From the NCBI GenBank assembly GCA_963727525.1, contig CAVSGO010000008.1:32001-96000 (forward strand): a stretch of DNA of 64,000 bases, written 5' to 3'. How positions within the stretch are numbered: position 1 is the first letter of the stretch; each line of letters begins with the position of its first letter. The stretch is from an uncultured bacterium (GTDB lineage Bacteria; Krumholzibacteriota; Krumholzibacteriia; LZORAL124-64-63). Under the pieces are notes generated by a model. That model had not been told where the DNA came from and searched no databases. It saw only the letters and a list, made by a program, of their open reading frames with translations. Below, in pieces: positions 49,989 to 59,824 of this stretch. The position numbers were made by a program, and so were the translations under genes.

Positions 49989-52130
49989 CTAGCGACGACT
50001 CCTGGCCATGGCTGCGAGAAACGACTCCTGGCTGTTGACGGCCGGCTGGTCGCCTTCCGCGACGGCGCGTACGTAGCTGCCGTCGGGCTGCATCAGGTGC
50101 GCCTTGGCGCTGTCGCGCAGGTAGGTGGCCAGGATGGTCTCCTGCACGCGCTGCACGAGCGAGGGGTCGGTGACCGGGAACACCACCTCCACGCGATGGT
50201 CGAGGTTGCGGAACATCATGTCGGCGCTGCCCAGGAAGAGCTCGGGCGTGCCGCCGTTGGCGAACCAGAAGATGCGGCTGTGCTCGAGGAAGCGGCCAAC
50301 GATGCTGCGCACGCGGATCGTCTCACTCAGGCCTGGTACGCCCGGTCGCAGCGTGCACATGCCGCGCACGAGGAGATCGATCTGCACGCCGGCGCGCGAA
50401 GCTTCGTAGAGCAGGGCGATCATCTGCCGGTCGACCAGGGAATTGCACTTGAAGATGAGGTGGCCATCGCGCCCCTCTTGCTGATGCTCGATCTCGCGAT
50501 TGATCCGCGCCGCCAGGCACGAGCGCAGGTTCAGTGGCGCCACGAGCAGCTTTCGGAAGTCGTTGATCGCCGAGTAGCCGGTGAGGTAGTTGAAGAGGTC
50601 GGTGACGTCGGCGCCGATGGCGTCGTCGCAGGTGAACATGCCGAGGTCCTCGTACAGACGCGCAGTGGTGGCGTTGTAGTTGCCTGTGCCCAGGTGCATG
50701 TAGCGGCGCACGCGGTCCTTGTCGCGGCGCACGACGAGCAGGAGCTTGGCGTGGGTCTTCAGGCCGAGCAGACCGTAGATGACGTGCACGCCTTCGCGCT
50801 CCAGCATGCGCGCCCAGCCGATATTGCTCTCCTCGTCGAAGCGCGCCTTCAGCTCCACGAGCACCGTCACCTGCTTGCGGTACTCGCGGCGCGCCTCCAG
50901 CAAGGCCTGCACCACGGGCGCATTGCGGCCCACGCGGTACAGCGTCTGCTTGATCGCCAGCACCCCCTCGTCGCGTGCCGCGGCCTGCAAGAATTCGACC
51001 ACCGGATCGAAACTCTCGTACGGTTGATGCAGCAGGATGTCGCCCTGGCGGATCTGTTCGAACGGGGTGATCGACTCGCGCAGCTCCGGCCGCCGCGGCA
51101 GCGGCAGGGCGGGCGTGAAGGGCGGAAACTTGAGGTCGTAGCGATCGATGTCCGCGAGTTGCATCAGGCCGCTCAGGCCCAGCGGTTCGGGTAGGCTCAC
51201 GGAGTCTTTCGGATCCATCTCGAGGTTGCTGATGAGTACGCGGCGGGTGGTCTCGTTCATGGCCGCCGCCGTCTCGAGTCGCACCACGGCGCCGAACTGC
51301 CGCTCGTACACGCGCTCGCGCATGGTCTCCAGAAGATCGGCAGCCTCCAGCTCCTGGATCTCGATGTCCGCGTCGCGTACCACACGGAAGGCATAGGAGC
51401 CGAGGATGGTCATGCCCGGGAAGAGATCTTCGAGGTGTGCGGCGATGAGTTGCTCCAGCCACACGAAGTAGTGGTTGCGCGGCACGGTGCCGTCGCGTTT
51501 CTCGCCGCCCGAGGAGCGCTTCAGCGGCACCAGGCGCGGCAGCAGGGCCGGCACCTTGAGGCGGGCGAAGTGTTCCTCGCCCTTCGGGTCGCGGATCTGG
51601 ACGGCGAGATTCAGGCTCACGTTCGAGATGTGAGGGAAGGGGTGGCCGGGGTCGAAGGCCTGCGGCGTCAGCACCGGGTAGATCTCCTCGACGTAGATGC
51701 GCTGGGCCACCTCGCGCTGCCGCGGCGAGAGGTCGGCCATGGTGAGCAGATGAATCCCGGCAGCGTCCAGGGCCGGCTTCAGCTCCGAGTGCCAGTGCGA
51801 GAGCGCCCTGTCCATGATGTCGGCCAGTTCCTTGCGGATGGCCGCGAGCTGCTCGGCGGGCGTGCGTCCGTCGACGGAGAAGTCGACCAGGCCGGACCGC
51901 TTCTGCACGACGAGCCCGGCCACGCGCACCATGGTCATCTCGTCGAGGTTCGACCCCACGATCGACAGGAACTTCACGCGTTCGAGCAGGGGATTGGTCG
52001 GATCCGTGGCTTCCTCGAGCACGCGTCGCTGAAACTGCAAGAGGCTCAGCTCGCGATTCAGATAGAGGCTGCCGGCATCCTGGCTCGCGCCCTGGCCGGA
52101 GTCGGCGGTCTTCATCATTTCCTCGTCCAT
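49989..52130 (-). CDS. ppk1: Polyphosphate kinase 1
   Basis: NRELS, HPFPHISN, IKQTLYR, ELKARFDEE, KTHAK, GTGNYN, RFLEH. Confidence 0.95.
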   Translation of the reverse strand: MDEEMMKTADSGQGASQDAGSLYLNRELSLLQFQRRVLEEATDPTNPLLERVKFLSIVGSNLDEMTMVRVAGLVVQKRSGLVDFSVDGRTPAEQLAAIRKELADIMDRALSHWHSELKPALDAAGIHLLTMADLSPRQREVAQRIYVEEIYPVLTPQAFDPGHPFPHISNVSLNLAVQIRDPKGEEHFARLKVPALLPRLVPLKRSSGGEKRDGTVPRNHYFVWLEQLIAAHLEDLFPGMTILGSYAFRVVRDADIEIQELEAADLLETMRERVYERQFGAVVRLETAAAMNETTRRVLISNLEMDPKDSVSLPEPLGLSGLMQLADIDRYDLKFPPFTPALPLPRRPELRESITPFEQIRQGDILLHQPYESFDPVVEFLQAAARDEGVLAIKQTLYRVGRNAPVVQALLEARREYRKQVTVLVELKARFDEESNIGWARMLEREGVHVIYGLLGLKTHAKLLLVVRRDKDRVRRYMHLGTGNYNATTARLYEDLGMFTCDDAIGADVTDLFNYLTGYSAINDFRKLLVAPLNLRSCLAARINREIEHQQEGRDGHLIFKCNSLVDRQMIALLYEASRAGVQIDLLVRGMCTLRPGVPGLSETIRVRSIVGRFLEHSRIFWFANGGTPELFLGSADMMFRNLDHRVEVVFPVTDPSLVQRVQETILATYLRDSAKAHLMQPDGSYVRAVAEGDQPAVNSQESFLAAMARSRR

Positions 52131-52290
52131 ACCCGCCCTCCCATCGCGAGGCCGGCAGCCTGTCCGCCGGGCGCAGGGAGTATGGGGGGCGTGTTCGTGG
52201 GCCACAACCAGGAGGCGGAATCTTCACGTATTTCTAACATGTGTCGCCGATCATCGCCATCTTCGAGACTACGGGCGGGAGGTCGTGTCC

Positions 52291-52455
52291 TTGGGAGACA
52301 AGGTGAAGGTGCTCTGCAAGTGGAAACGCGACGACTATACCAGGGATTTCGAGCACCTGGTGAAGATCGTCGCGTCCCCGCATTACGTCTGCGAGAAGTG
52401 CGGACGCGTCGCCGACAAGAAGAAGTGGCTGTGCGAGCCTCGCCCGCTCGATTGA
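52291..52455 (+). CDS. Small basic 4-Cys (putative Zn-binding) protein, 54 aa
   Basis: Manually translated from TTG: MGDKVKVLCKWKRDDYTRDFEHLVKIVASPHYVCEKCGRVADKKKWLCEPRPLD; GGGAGG RBS. Confidence 0.75.
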   Translation: MGDKVKVLCKWKRDDYTRDFEHLVKIVASPHYVCEKCGRVADKKKWLCEPRPLD

Positions 52456-52465
52456 GCCCGATGGC

Positions 52466-53230
52466 TCAGTGGTCGCTCGACGTCGTCTTGCCCATCAGGA
52501 ACGGCTTGATGAGATCAATCGGCAACGGGAAGATGGTGGTGCTGTTGTTCTCTGCGGCAATCTCTGTAAGCGCCTGCAAATAACGAAGTTGCATGGCTGA
52601 CGGATGCTCTTCGATGATGGCCGCGGCCTCACTCAGCCGCGTGGCGGCCTGGAATTCGCCGTCGGCATGGATCACCTTGGCCCGCCGCTCGCGCTCCGCT
52701 TCCGCCTGCTTGGCCATGGCGCGCTTCATTTCCATCGGCAGATCCACGTCCTTCATCTCCACCACCGACACCTTGATGCCCCAGGGGTCGGTCGCCTCGT
52801 CCAGGATGGTCTGTAGCGCCAGGTTGAGCTTCTCGCGCTGGGACAGCAGCTCGTCCAGCTCGGCCTGGCCCACGACGCTCCGCAGCGTGGTCTGAGATAG
52901 CTGGCTCGTGGCGAAGAGCGCATTCTCGATCTCGATGATCGACTTCTCCGGGTCCACCACGCGGAAGTAGACGACGGCATTCACCCGCACCGACACGTTG
53001 TCGCGCGTGATCACATCCTGGGGCGGCACGTCCATGGTCACCGTACGCAGGCTCACCTTCACCATGCGCTCGATGAACGGCACCAGGATGATCAGGCCGG
53101 GGCCCCGCGTGCCGACGAAGCGACCGAGGCGAAAGACCACCGCCCGCTCGTACTCGCGCAGCACGCGTAGCGAGTTGGACAGGACGAAGAGCACCAGGAT
53201 GATCAGAACGATGGGAGTCATGTACAGCAT
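52466..53230 (-). CDS. SPFH/stomatin-like (slipin) protein
   Basis: [36 protein letters not shown]. Confidence 0.95.
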   Translation of the reverse strand: MLYMTPIVLIILVLFVLSNSLRVLREYERAVVFRLGRFVGTRGPGLIILVPFIERMVKVSLRTVTMDVPPQDVITRDNVSVRVNAVVYFRVVDPEKSIIEIENALFATSQLSQTTLRSVVGQAELDELLSQREKLNLALQTILDEATDPWGIKVSVVEMKDVDLPMEMKRAMAKQAEAERERRAKVIHADGEFQAATRLSEAAAIIEEHPSAMQLRYLQALTEIAAENNSTTIFPLPIDLIKPFLMGKTTSSDH

Positions 53231-53266
53231 GCCATCTCCTTGACGATGTGACGGACAGCCGCCAGG

Positions 53267-54580
53267 TCAGGACTCGAGACTGGCGACGGGGCGCACCTGC
53301 GCCACCCGTCCCTTGAGGGCGATCACCTCGATCCGCTGGCCCTCGGCCAGCTCCTGCTCCGCCACGGCGTCCCAGACCTCGCCGTGATAGATCACCTTCC
53401 CGGTCTCGTGGCCGCCGGGAATGCGCCGCACCACGCGTCCCCGTTCGCCGATCAGCGCGGATCGTCCGGACACCGGGGGGCGGCGCCGGCTGCGCACCAC
53501 CAGCGCCACGCATAGCAGGAAGAATCCGGCGAATACCGCCACGCCCGGCACGAGGACGGCCACCTTGAGCCGCGCCCACGGTTCGCCCGAGTTGAACGCC
53601 AGGAGCGAGCCCAGCGTGATGGCGGCGAGGCCGCCGATCGTCAGACCGCCGTAGCTATGCACCTTCACCTCCAGCACGAGCATGATCACGCCCAGCAGGA
53701 TCAGGCCGATGCCCGCGTAGTTGATCGGCAATGCCTGGAACGCGAAGAGCGCGAGCAGCAGGCAGATGCCGCCCAGGATGCCGGGCACCAGCGCGCCGGG
53801 ATTGCTCAGCTCGAAGAACAGGCCGTAGATCCCCAGCAGCATGAGGATGTAGGCCAGGTTGGGATCGGCGAGACGCTTGAGCAGTCGCTGCCGCCAGCTC
53901 AGCGCGTCGTGCACGATGGGCGCGTCGACGACGTCGAGGATGACGGTGGCGTCGCCAAGGTGCACCGTGCGTCCTTGCAGGCTGTCCAGCAACGCCGGCA
54001 GCGTGGGGACGAGCAGGTCCACCACGCCCCGCTCGCGCGCCTCGATCGCCGTGACGTTGGCCGCCGTGGCCACGAAGGAACGCGCCAGCTCCACGTTGCG
54101 CCCGCGCTGGGCGGCGATGGCGTCGATGTAGGCGACAGCGTCGTTGGCCACCTTGTGGGCCATCGTCGAGTCGGGCGTGCCGCCGCCGAGCTGCACGGGA
54201 CTCGCCGAGCCGATGTTCGTGCCCGGTGCCATGGCCGCCACGTGGGCGGCCAGCGTGATGAATGCCCCGGCGCTCGCCGCGCGGCTGCCCGACGGCGCCA
54301 CGTACACCACCACCGGCACCGTGGCCGCCAGCTCGGCCTTCACGATCTCGCGCATGGCCGTGTCGAGGCCGCCCGGCGTGTCGAGCTGGATGATCACGGC
54401 CGCAGCGCCCGCCGCCTCGGCCCGCGCGATCCCGCCCACGAGGTACTCCGATGCCGCCGGGGTGATGGCGCCGTCGTAGGTGAGTACGTGCACCGGCGCG
54501 CCCAGCGCCAGGGAGGGGACGAGGGCCATCAAGCCGGTGAGGATGGCCAGAAGCAACCGCCGGAATAGGCTGCAGGGCAT
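53267..54580 (-). CDS. nfeD: NfeD family membrane-bound serine protease
   Basis: LDTPGG, RAASAG, MAPGTNIG; TM region; C-terminal OB fold GEVW.A; upstream of stomatin. Confidence 0.9.
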   Translation of the reverse strand: MPCSLFRRLLLAILTGLMALVPSLALGAPVHVLTYDGAITPAASEYLVGGIARAEAAGAAAVIIQLDTPGGLDTAMREIVKAELAATVPVVVYVAPSGSRAASAGAFITLAAHVAAMAPGTNIGSASPVQLGGGTPDSTMAHKVANDAVAYIDAIAAQRGRNVELARSFVATAANVTAIEARERGVVDLLVPTLPALLDSLQGRTVHLGDATVILDVVDAPIVHDALSWRQRLLKRLADPNLAYILMLLGIYGLFFELSNPGALVPGILGGICLLLALFAFQALPINYAGIGLILLGVIMLVLEVKVHSYGGLTIGGLAAITLGSLLAFNSGEPWARLKVAVLVPGVAVFAGFFLLCVALVVRSRRRPPVSGRSALIGERGRVVRRIPGGHETGKVIYHGEVWDAVAEQELAEGQRIEVIALKGRVAQVRPVASLES

Positions 54581-54719
54581 GGCGGGTCCTTCCCGGTCCG
54601 GGAGTGGGGGGTGCCGGCACAACATAGCGCAAGATGGAGGTCACGGGAATGGACGAATGCTTTCAACTGCCGACCCGCGAGCGATTTGCCGCCCGGCGAG
54701 AAGCGCGTTCCTTGTGGGG

Positions 54720-55562
54720 ATGCGAAACCGACGCGCCTCGATCCTCATCGTCATCGCCAGCACGCTGGCCGTGTTCGCGCGGGCTGATGACGTCACACCT
54801 CCCAGGGTGGACGTGCAGCTCGTGGCCGCGACCACGGCCGTCGCTGCCGGCGACAGCGTGCAGCTCGGCGTCGTGCTCACGGCGCCGCCCGGCTGGCATC
54901 TCTACTGGGACGGCCTGAACGACACGGGCTTCCCGCCGAGCGCGCGCTGGCAGGTGCCCGACGGTGCCCGCGTCACACCGCTCCTGTTGCCCGTGCCCGT
55001 GCGGCAGATCTCGCCGGGCGATATCCTCGACCACGTGCTCGAGGGCGAGACCGTCGCGCTCGCCACGCTCGTGTTGCCGCCAGGCCTGGCGGGGCCCACC
55101 GTCGCCGTGAGTTGCCACGTCGAGTGGCTCGTGTGCCGCGACATGTGCGTGCCGGGGCGGCGCGACCTCACCCTGACCCTGCCCGTCGTGACTGCGGGCG
55201 TCTCGCGGCCGGAGAGCGCCGACGCCCCACGCCTGGCCGCCGCGCGCCGCGCCTTGCCGCGGCCGTTGCCGCCGGATGGCCCGGTGCGCGTCGACCGCGC
55301 CGACGCGGTGGTCACGATCTCCGCACCTGGATCCGCCCGGCTCGAATTCTTCCCTGCCGCCGACAGCGCGCGCCCGCGCGACCTGCTGCGCGACGGCGTG
55401 AGCGCCGGCGATCGCCTGCGACTATCTCTGCGTCCCACCGACTCCGCCCGACCGCTGCGCGGCGTACTCGTCGTACATCGCGGCGACGGCGCGACCGCCA
55501 CGTGGCGGCTGGACATATCCGGGTCGCCTGCCGACCCGCAACCTGCGAAGGAGACACCATGA
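54720..55562 (+). CDS. DsbD N-terminal-like domain protein
   Basis: GWHLYW...G.PP..W; WLVCRDMCVPG. Confidence 0.8.
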   Translation: MRNRRASILIVIASTLAVFARADDVTPPRVDVQLVAATTAVAAGDSVQLGVVLTAPPGWHLYWDGLNDTGFPPSARWQVPDGARVTPLLLPVPVRQISPGDILDHVLEGETVALATLVLPPGLAGPTVAVSCHVEWLVCRDMCVPGRRDLTLTLPVVTAGVSRPESADAPRLAAARRALPRPLPPDGPVRVDRADAVVTISAPGSARLEFFPAADSARPRDLLRDGVSAGDRLRLSLRPTDSARPLRGVLVVHRGDGATATWRLDISGSPADPQPAKETP

Positions 55563-56188
55563 TCCGCATCACGCGCCGCGCGTCGACCGTTGCCGCCTGC
55601 GCCGTCGTCGCGCTCGGCGTGCTCATCGCCCCGGTCGTGGCCCACGCCGCGGCGGCCGTGGGGGAGAAGGCACCCGATTTCACGCTCACCGACACCGACG
55701 GCAACACGCACGCCCTGAAGGACTACGTCGACGCCGGCAAGATCGTCGTGCTCGAGTGGTTCAATCCCGACTGCCCCTTCATCAAGAAGCACCACGAGAC
55801 GTTTCACACGATGATCGACCTCGAGAAGAAGTACCGCGACGACGGCGTGGTGTGGTTCGCCATCAACTCCGGCGCGCCCGGCAAGCAGGGGCATGGTCTG
55901 GAGCGTAACCGCGCGGCGCGCGAGATCTACCACATGAGCTATCCGATCCTGCTCGACGAGTCGGGCGATGTCGGGAAGTCGTACGGCGCCAAGACCACGC
56001 CGCACATGTTCGTGATCAATCGCGACGGCACGCTCGTCTACGCCGGGGCGATCGACAACGATCGCAGCGCCGGCACGCTGGGCAAGACCAACTATGTCGA
56101 CGACGCTCTCACCGCTCTCCTCGCCGGCCGGCAGGTCGCCGTCGCGGAGACCGGATCCTACGGCTGTGGCGTGAAGTACGCGGACTGA
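55559..56188 (+). CDS. Thioredoxin-like/AhpC-TSA redoxin
   Basis: APDFTL, WFNPDCPF, TTPHMF, YAGAID, YGCGVKY. Confidence 0.88.
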   Translation: MIRITRRASTVAACAVVALGVLIAPVVAHAAAAVGEKAPDFTLTDTDGNTHALKDYVDAGKIVVLEWFNPDCPFIKKHHETFHTMIDLEKKYRDDGVVWFAINSGAPGKQGHGLERNRAAREIYHMSYPILLDESGDVGKSYGAKTTPHMFVINRDGTLVYAGAIDNDRSAGTLGKTNYVDDALTALLAGRQVAVAETGSYGCGVKYAD

Positions 56189-56217
56189 CCCGGACGCCGA
56201 CCATGGGAATGAAAATC

Positions 56218-56246
56218 GGGCGCCGGTTCGTGATGAACCGGCGCCC
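56218..56246. terminator. Hairpin
   Basis: gggcgccggttc-gtgat-gaaccggcgccc. Confidence 0.7.
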
Positions 56247-56448
56247 ATATCGTCTGGTCATATTCTGCGTTTGACCATATTTCCTGGCATCTTCTTCCGT
56301 GCCAGCCCCGACCCTGGAAGTTCTTCTGCGATGCACCGTCTAGAACGGTACGAAACCAGCGCACGAGAGCATTCTCACGCATCCGTGATCGCCGTGTCAA
56401 TTCGCAGCTTCTGTAGCCGCAATAAGGTAGAAGCGCAGATGCGGGGGC

Positions 56449-57009
56449 TCAGCGCCAGCGCGCCTTGACCGCGCCCCAGGCGGTGGCGGCCACGGGAACG
56501 ACGCAGGGGTGCAGGTTGTCGCTGCTGCGCAGCTCGTAGCGGCCGAAGTCCATCGAATCGAACCAGGCCAGCATGATCACGTAGATCCGGTCGGGATCGA
56601 GCACGATCCCGTCCTCCGGGCCGAACCGCGCCATGGCGCCCGGGCCGTCGTCGTCGTCGTACGCGATGGCCCCCTCGCGGGGGTCGACGGGGTCGAAACT
56701 GTCGCAGTAGAGATACAGCACCGGGTCGTACTCGGTGGCCGGCAACGTGGTCTCCAGCGTGATGGGCTGGCGGTCGGTCGCCTGGACGCAGAAAAGGGCA
56801 TAGGGCGACGGCCACTCGAGCTCGGCGCCGTCCAGGGGCAGAGCGCAGTCGAGGTTCACGCTGTCGGGGTCGGCCGGCGTCCAGCGTACCCACGTGGGGC
56901 TGGCGGGATTGAAGGCGCCGGCGACGGTGAAGGCGTGGGCGGCCGCGCTCCCGATCAGGAGCGCGGAGATCAGGACCATTGGCCCGAGAACGACTCGCAT
57001 TGCGGTCAT
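56449..57009 (-). CDS. Secreted PPC-like domain protein with C-terminal WGAVKARWR tail
   Basis: Signal peptide; DPVLYLY..FDP..P...AYDDDDG; start overlaps upstream stop. Confidence 0.7.
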   Translation of the reverse strand: MTAMRVVLGPMVLISALLIGSAAAHAFTVAGAFNPASPTWVRWTPADPDSVNLDCALPLDGAELEWPSPYALFCVQATDRQPITLETTLPATEYDPVLYLYCDSFDPVDPREGAIAYDDDDGPGAMARFGPEDGIVLDPDRIYVIMLAWFDSMDFGRYELRSSDNLHPCVVPVAATAWGAVKARWR

Positions 57010-57947
57010 TCGCTTTCCGGGAGATCGGTGGTGGCTATGCGCTGCAGGACCGCAGCCATCGTGCCAGCTGGCGTGCTCACCTCCACCCGCACGGGAAGAC
57101 GCGCGGGATCGTCCGTGACGACGAGACGCAGCTCGCGGCCGGCGCGTCCGGGCGCGAGGCCATCGAGCCAGGCGTCCACCACGAGGCACGCGCGGGGGCC
57201 GAGAGGTGTCTCGGCGTGGACACGGTTGGCGACCGTCAGGTGCAGGGTATGCGCGCCGCCGCTGATCATGACCGGCAGGGCGCAGGTGTCGGCCACGGCG
57301 AGGGCGAGGCACCGGACCCGGTACCACGCCGCGAGGATATCGTGGCAGCCGGACACGACCCTGCCGCACCGCCCGCTGGTGTACGTGATGACGCCGCGCG
57401 CGTGGTCGATGTCGGCCTCGAGTCGCTCGCGGTAGGCACCTTCCTGCACACGCGTCTCCAGGTGGAGACAGCGCAGATCGGTGGTGTCGGCCACGCTCTC
57501 GAGATGATCGCGCACGCGGTAGATCATCGACATCGCCCGCCCCGTGGCGATGGACAGCGACAGGCGCCAGCACGCCCGGTCGGCGAAGGCGACCGGCCCC
57601 TCGGCGCGCAGCACGGCCGTGCCTGCCGAGATCGGGCCGAAGCGCAACGAGTACTGCAGCTCCTCGCCGCGCGGCCACGGACGCCGGGGCAGCACTGCCG
57701 AGGGCTGCCCGCAGGCGGCGACGGCCAGGCCAACGAAGGCCAGGTCAACGAAGGCCAGGCCGACGAGTGCGAGCACGACGAGCCGACGCGCCGCGGGTGT
57801 CGCCGCGCGTTGACGGCTGTCAGGGCACTGTCCACGCAGGTTGACAGTCTGCGCCGGTAATCCGACTATCGGGATCGGGATTTTCGTAAGTGACGATTTT
57901 TCAGTATGCTCCGGCTGTGGCGGCTTGCTCCGCAACGGTCTGGTCAT
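57006..57947 (-). CDS. DUF3108-like protein (start uncertain)
   Basis: GEELQY..FG.ISAG, YRVRD..ES, D.LAAWYRVR, TDDPARLPV. Confidence 0.7.
   Translation of the reverse strand: MTRPLRSKPPQPEHTEKSSLTKIPIPIVGLPAQTVNLRGQCPDSRQRAATPAARRLVVLALVGLAFVDLAFVGLAVAACGQPSAVLPRRPWPRGEELQYSLRFGPISAGTAVLRAEGPVAFADRACWRLSLSIATGRAMSMIYRVRDHLESVADTTDLRCLHLETRVQEGAYRERLEADIDHARGVITYTSGRCGRVVSGCHDILAAWYRVRCLALAVADTCALPVMISGGAHTLHLTVANRVHAETPLGPRACLVVDAWLDGLAPGRAGRELRLVVTDDPARLPVRVEVSTPAGTMAAVLQRIATTDLPESE
57723..57767. repeat. Three imperfect 15-bp tandem repeats
   Basis: ggccaggccaacgaa / ggccaggtcaacgaa / ggccaggccgacgag; encodes LVGLA FVDLA FVGLA on minus strand. Confidence 0.85.
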
Positions 57948-58061
57948 TACGTTTGTCTCCGGATTCGAGATAGGGAAGACGCGCGCATAGCAGGGACACT
58001 AGCCACATCCGTGCCGCCCGTCCCCGCCCGCACTCGCGGGCGATGTGCGCGAACAAGGAGC

Positions 58062-58808
58062 ATGGCGATGCTGGACCGACGAGCGTTCCTCCAGAACGTG
58101 GGCGTGGGTGTCGCTGCCTTCGGACTCGGGCTCGGGCTGGGCCGCAGCCACCTCCACGACATTCCTGCCACCCGCACCGTGCTGCATGCGTTCCTGCCGG
58201 CGCGCGAGGAGGCGATCGCCGACGCAGTGCGCGCCTTCCTGGCCGCCGCGCCCGCGGCGCTGCCGGTGCCGGCGCTCGACGTGTCGCCGCGCTGGCGCGC
58301 CGCCGTGGCCACCGGCCTCGGCGATCGCGTCGCCGACATGCGCCGCGGCGATCCGCGCGCGCTCAACCTGCAAATCGCCGATCTTGCGCAGCCGATTCCC
58401 GCCGACCTGCTCGTGCAGATCGGCGGACGCGTGCTCGATCCCGGTTCGCAGTTCAGCGCCGATCTGCTCGCGTTGCGCCGACGTTACCATGCGCAGGAAG
58501 CCACGCTCGTCTTCACCGCTTGCCTCGACGTCCGCGACGATCCGCGCGGCGCCGACCGCGTGCTCGTGGTGGAAACGGAGCGGGGATTGCAGGATCGTAT
58601 CGTATTGACCGGTGCCCCGCGGCAGCTCGTGCTCCACGGCCCGGCCGGGCGCACCGTGGTCGCGTTCGCTGCCGACGGCGCTCGCGTGACGGAGACCTGC
58701 TGCCGACACCGCACCTGCCAGCTCCAGGGCACGGTGCGTGCGGCGGGCGACCTCATCGCGTGCGCACCGAACCGCATCATCCTTCGCGTGGAATCGGCGT
58801 CGGCATGA
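58062..58808 (+). CDS. Tat-signal protein with C-terminal NusG domain II-like fold
   Basis: DRRAFL Tat motif; CRHRTC..G.....LIACAPNRI. Confidence 0.7.
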   Translation: MAMLDRRAFLQNVGVGVAAFGLGLGLGRSHLHDIPATRTVLHAFLPAREEAIADAVRAFLAAAPAALPVPALDVSPRWRAAVATGLGDRVADMRRGDPRALNLQIADLAQPIPADLLVQIGGRVLDPGSQFSADLLALRRRYHAQEATLVFTACLDVRDDPRGADRVLVVETERGLQDRIVLTGAPRQLVLHGPAGRTVVAFAADGARVTETCCRHRTCQLQGTVRAAGDLIACAPNRIILRVESASA

Positions 58809-59818
58809 GCGCGCGCCATGGCTCGCGATTCGGTCCGCCGTGGATGCCTCTGGTGGTGCTCGTGACGGCGATCGCGGGGGGTTGGGGTGTCGGCCGCCTG
58901 TTCGCGCCCACCCACCTGGGCGACCCCGCGCCGCTGGTGGCGATGCGCCCCCTCATGGGCACGGTCGTGGAGATCCAGTGCCGCCGGGACACCGGCACGG
59001 ATGCCGAGACGGCGCGGATCGACGCGGCGATCGCCGCCGCCTTTGGCGAGATGGCGCGGGTCGACTCGCTCTTCTCCACCCATCTGCCTCGGCCCACCCT
59101 GCGGGCGCCATCCGCTCGTCGCCGCGAGACGCTCGCGCTGCTGGACGAGGGGCTCGCCGTGATGCGGCTGACCGACGGCGCTCTCGATCCCCGCCTGCGC
59201 CCGTTGCTGACACTGTGGGGTTTCGAATCGGACGCGCCATCGCGACCGGCAGAACAGGACGTGGCGGCCGAGACCGCGCGACTGCGCGCCGCTGGCTGGC
59301 CGCACGACGCGGAAACGCTGCTTGCCGATCCGCAGATCTTGCACTTCGGCGCCTGGGCCAAGGGCTACGCCGTCGATCGTGCGATCGCGGTGCTGCGCGA
59401 CCACGGCGTCGACGAGGCGCTCGTGAACGCGGGGGGCGAGATCCGCACCCTCGGCGACGGCTGGACCGTGGGCGTGCAGCATCCTCGCCTGCGCGGCGCC
59501 GTGCTCGCGCGCGTGACACCCGGGGCGATGGCGGTGGCCACGTCGGGCGACTACGAGCAGGAGTTCACGCAGGAAGGCGTGCGCTACCACCATTTGCTCG
59601 ATCCGCACACGGGCGCCCCGGCGCGCGGCTGCCAGAGCGTCACCGTGCTGGCACCCACATGTATGCGCGCCGACGCGCTCGCGACAGGCATCTTCGTGCT
59701 CGGGCCTGAGCGTGGTCTCGCTCTGATCGATAGCCTCGACGAGACCGCCTGCCTCATCATCGACGCCGCGGGTCGGCGCCACGAGAGTGCCCGCCTCCGT
59801 GCGTACCTGGTCGATTGA
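58805..59818 (+). CDS. apbE: FAD:protein FMN transferase
   Basis: MGT, AKGYAVD, NAGGE, ATSGDYE, HHLLDP.TG, ADALAT. Confidence 0.9.
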   Translation: MSARHGSRFGPPWMPLVVLVTAIAGGWGVGRLFAPTHLGDPAPLVAMRPLMGTVVEIQCRRDTGTDAETARIDAAIAAAFGEMARVDSLFSTHLPRPTLRAPSARRRETLALLDEGLAVMRLTDGALDPRLRPLLTLWGFESDAPSRPAEQDVAAETARLRAAGWPHDAETLLADPQILHFGAWAKGYAVDRAIAVLRDHGVDEALVNAGGEIRTLGDGWTVGVQHPRLRGAVLARVTPGAMAVATSGDYEQEFTQEGVRYHHLLDPHTGAPARGCQSVTVLAPTCMRADALATGIFVLGPERGLALIDSLDETACLIIDAAGRRHESARLRAYLVD

Positions 59819-59824
59819 TCGGTA

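Noticed and set aside
50323-52227. Many long Arg/Pro/Ala-rich alternative-frame or antisense ORFs (e.g. also 36212-38134, 2081-3736)
   Set aside because: High-GC shadow ORFs overlapping well-supported genes, with no recognisable motifs
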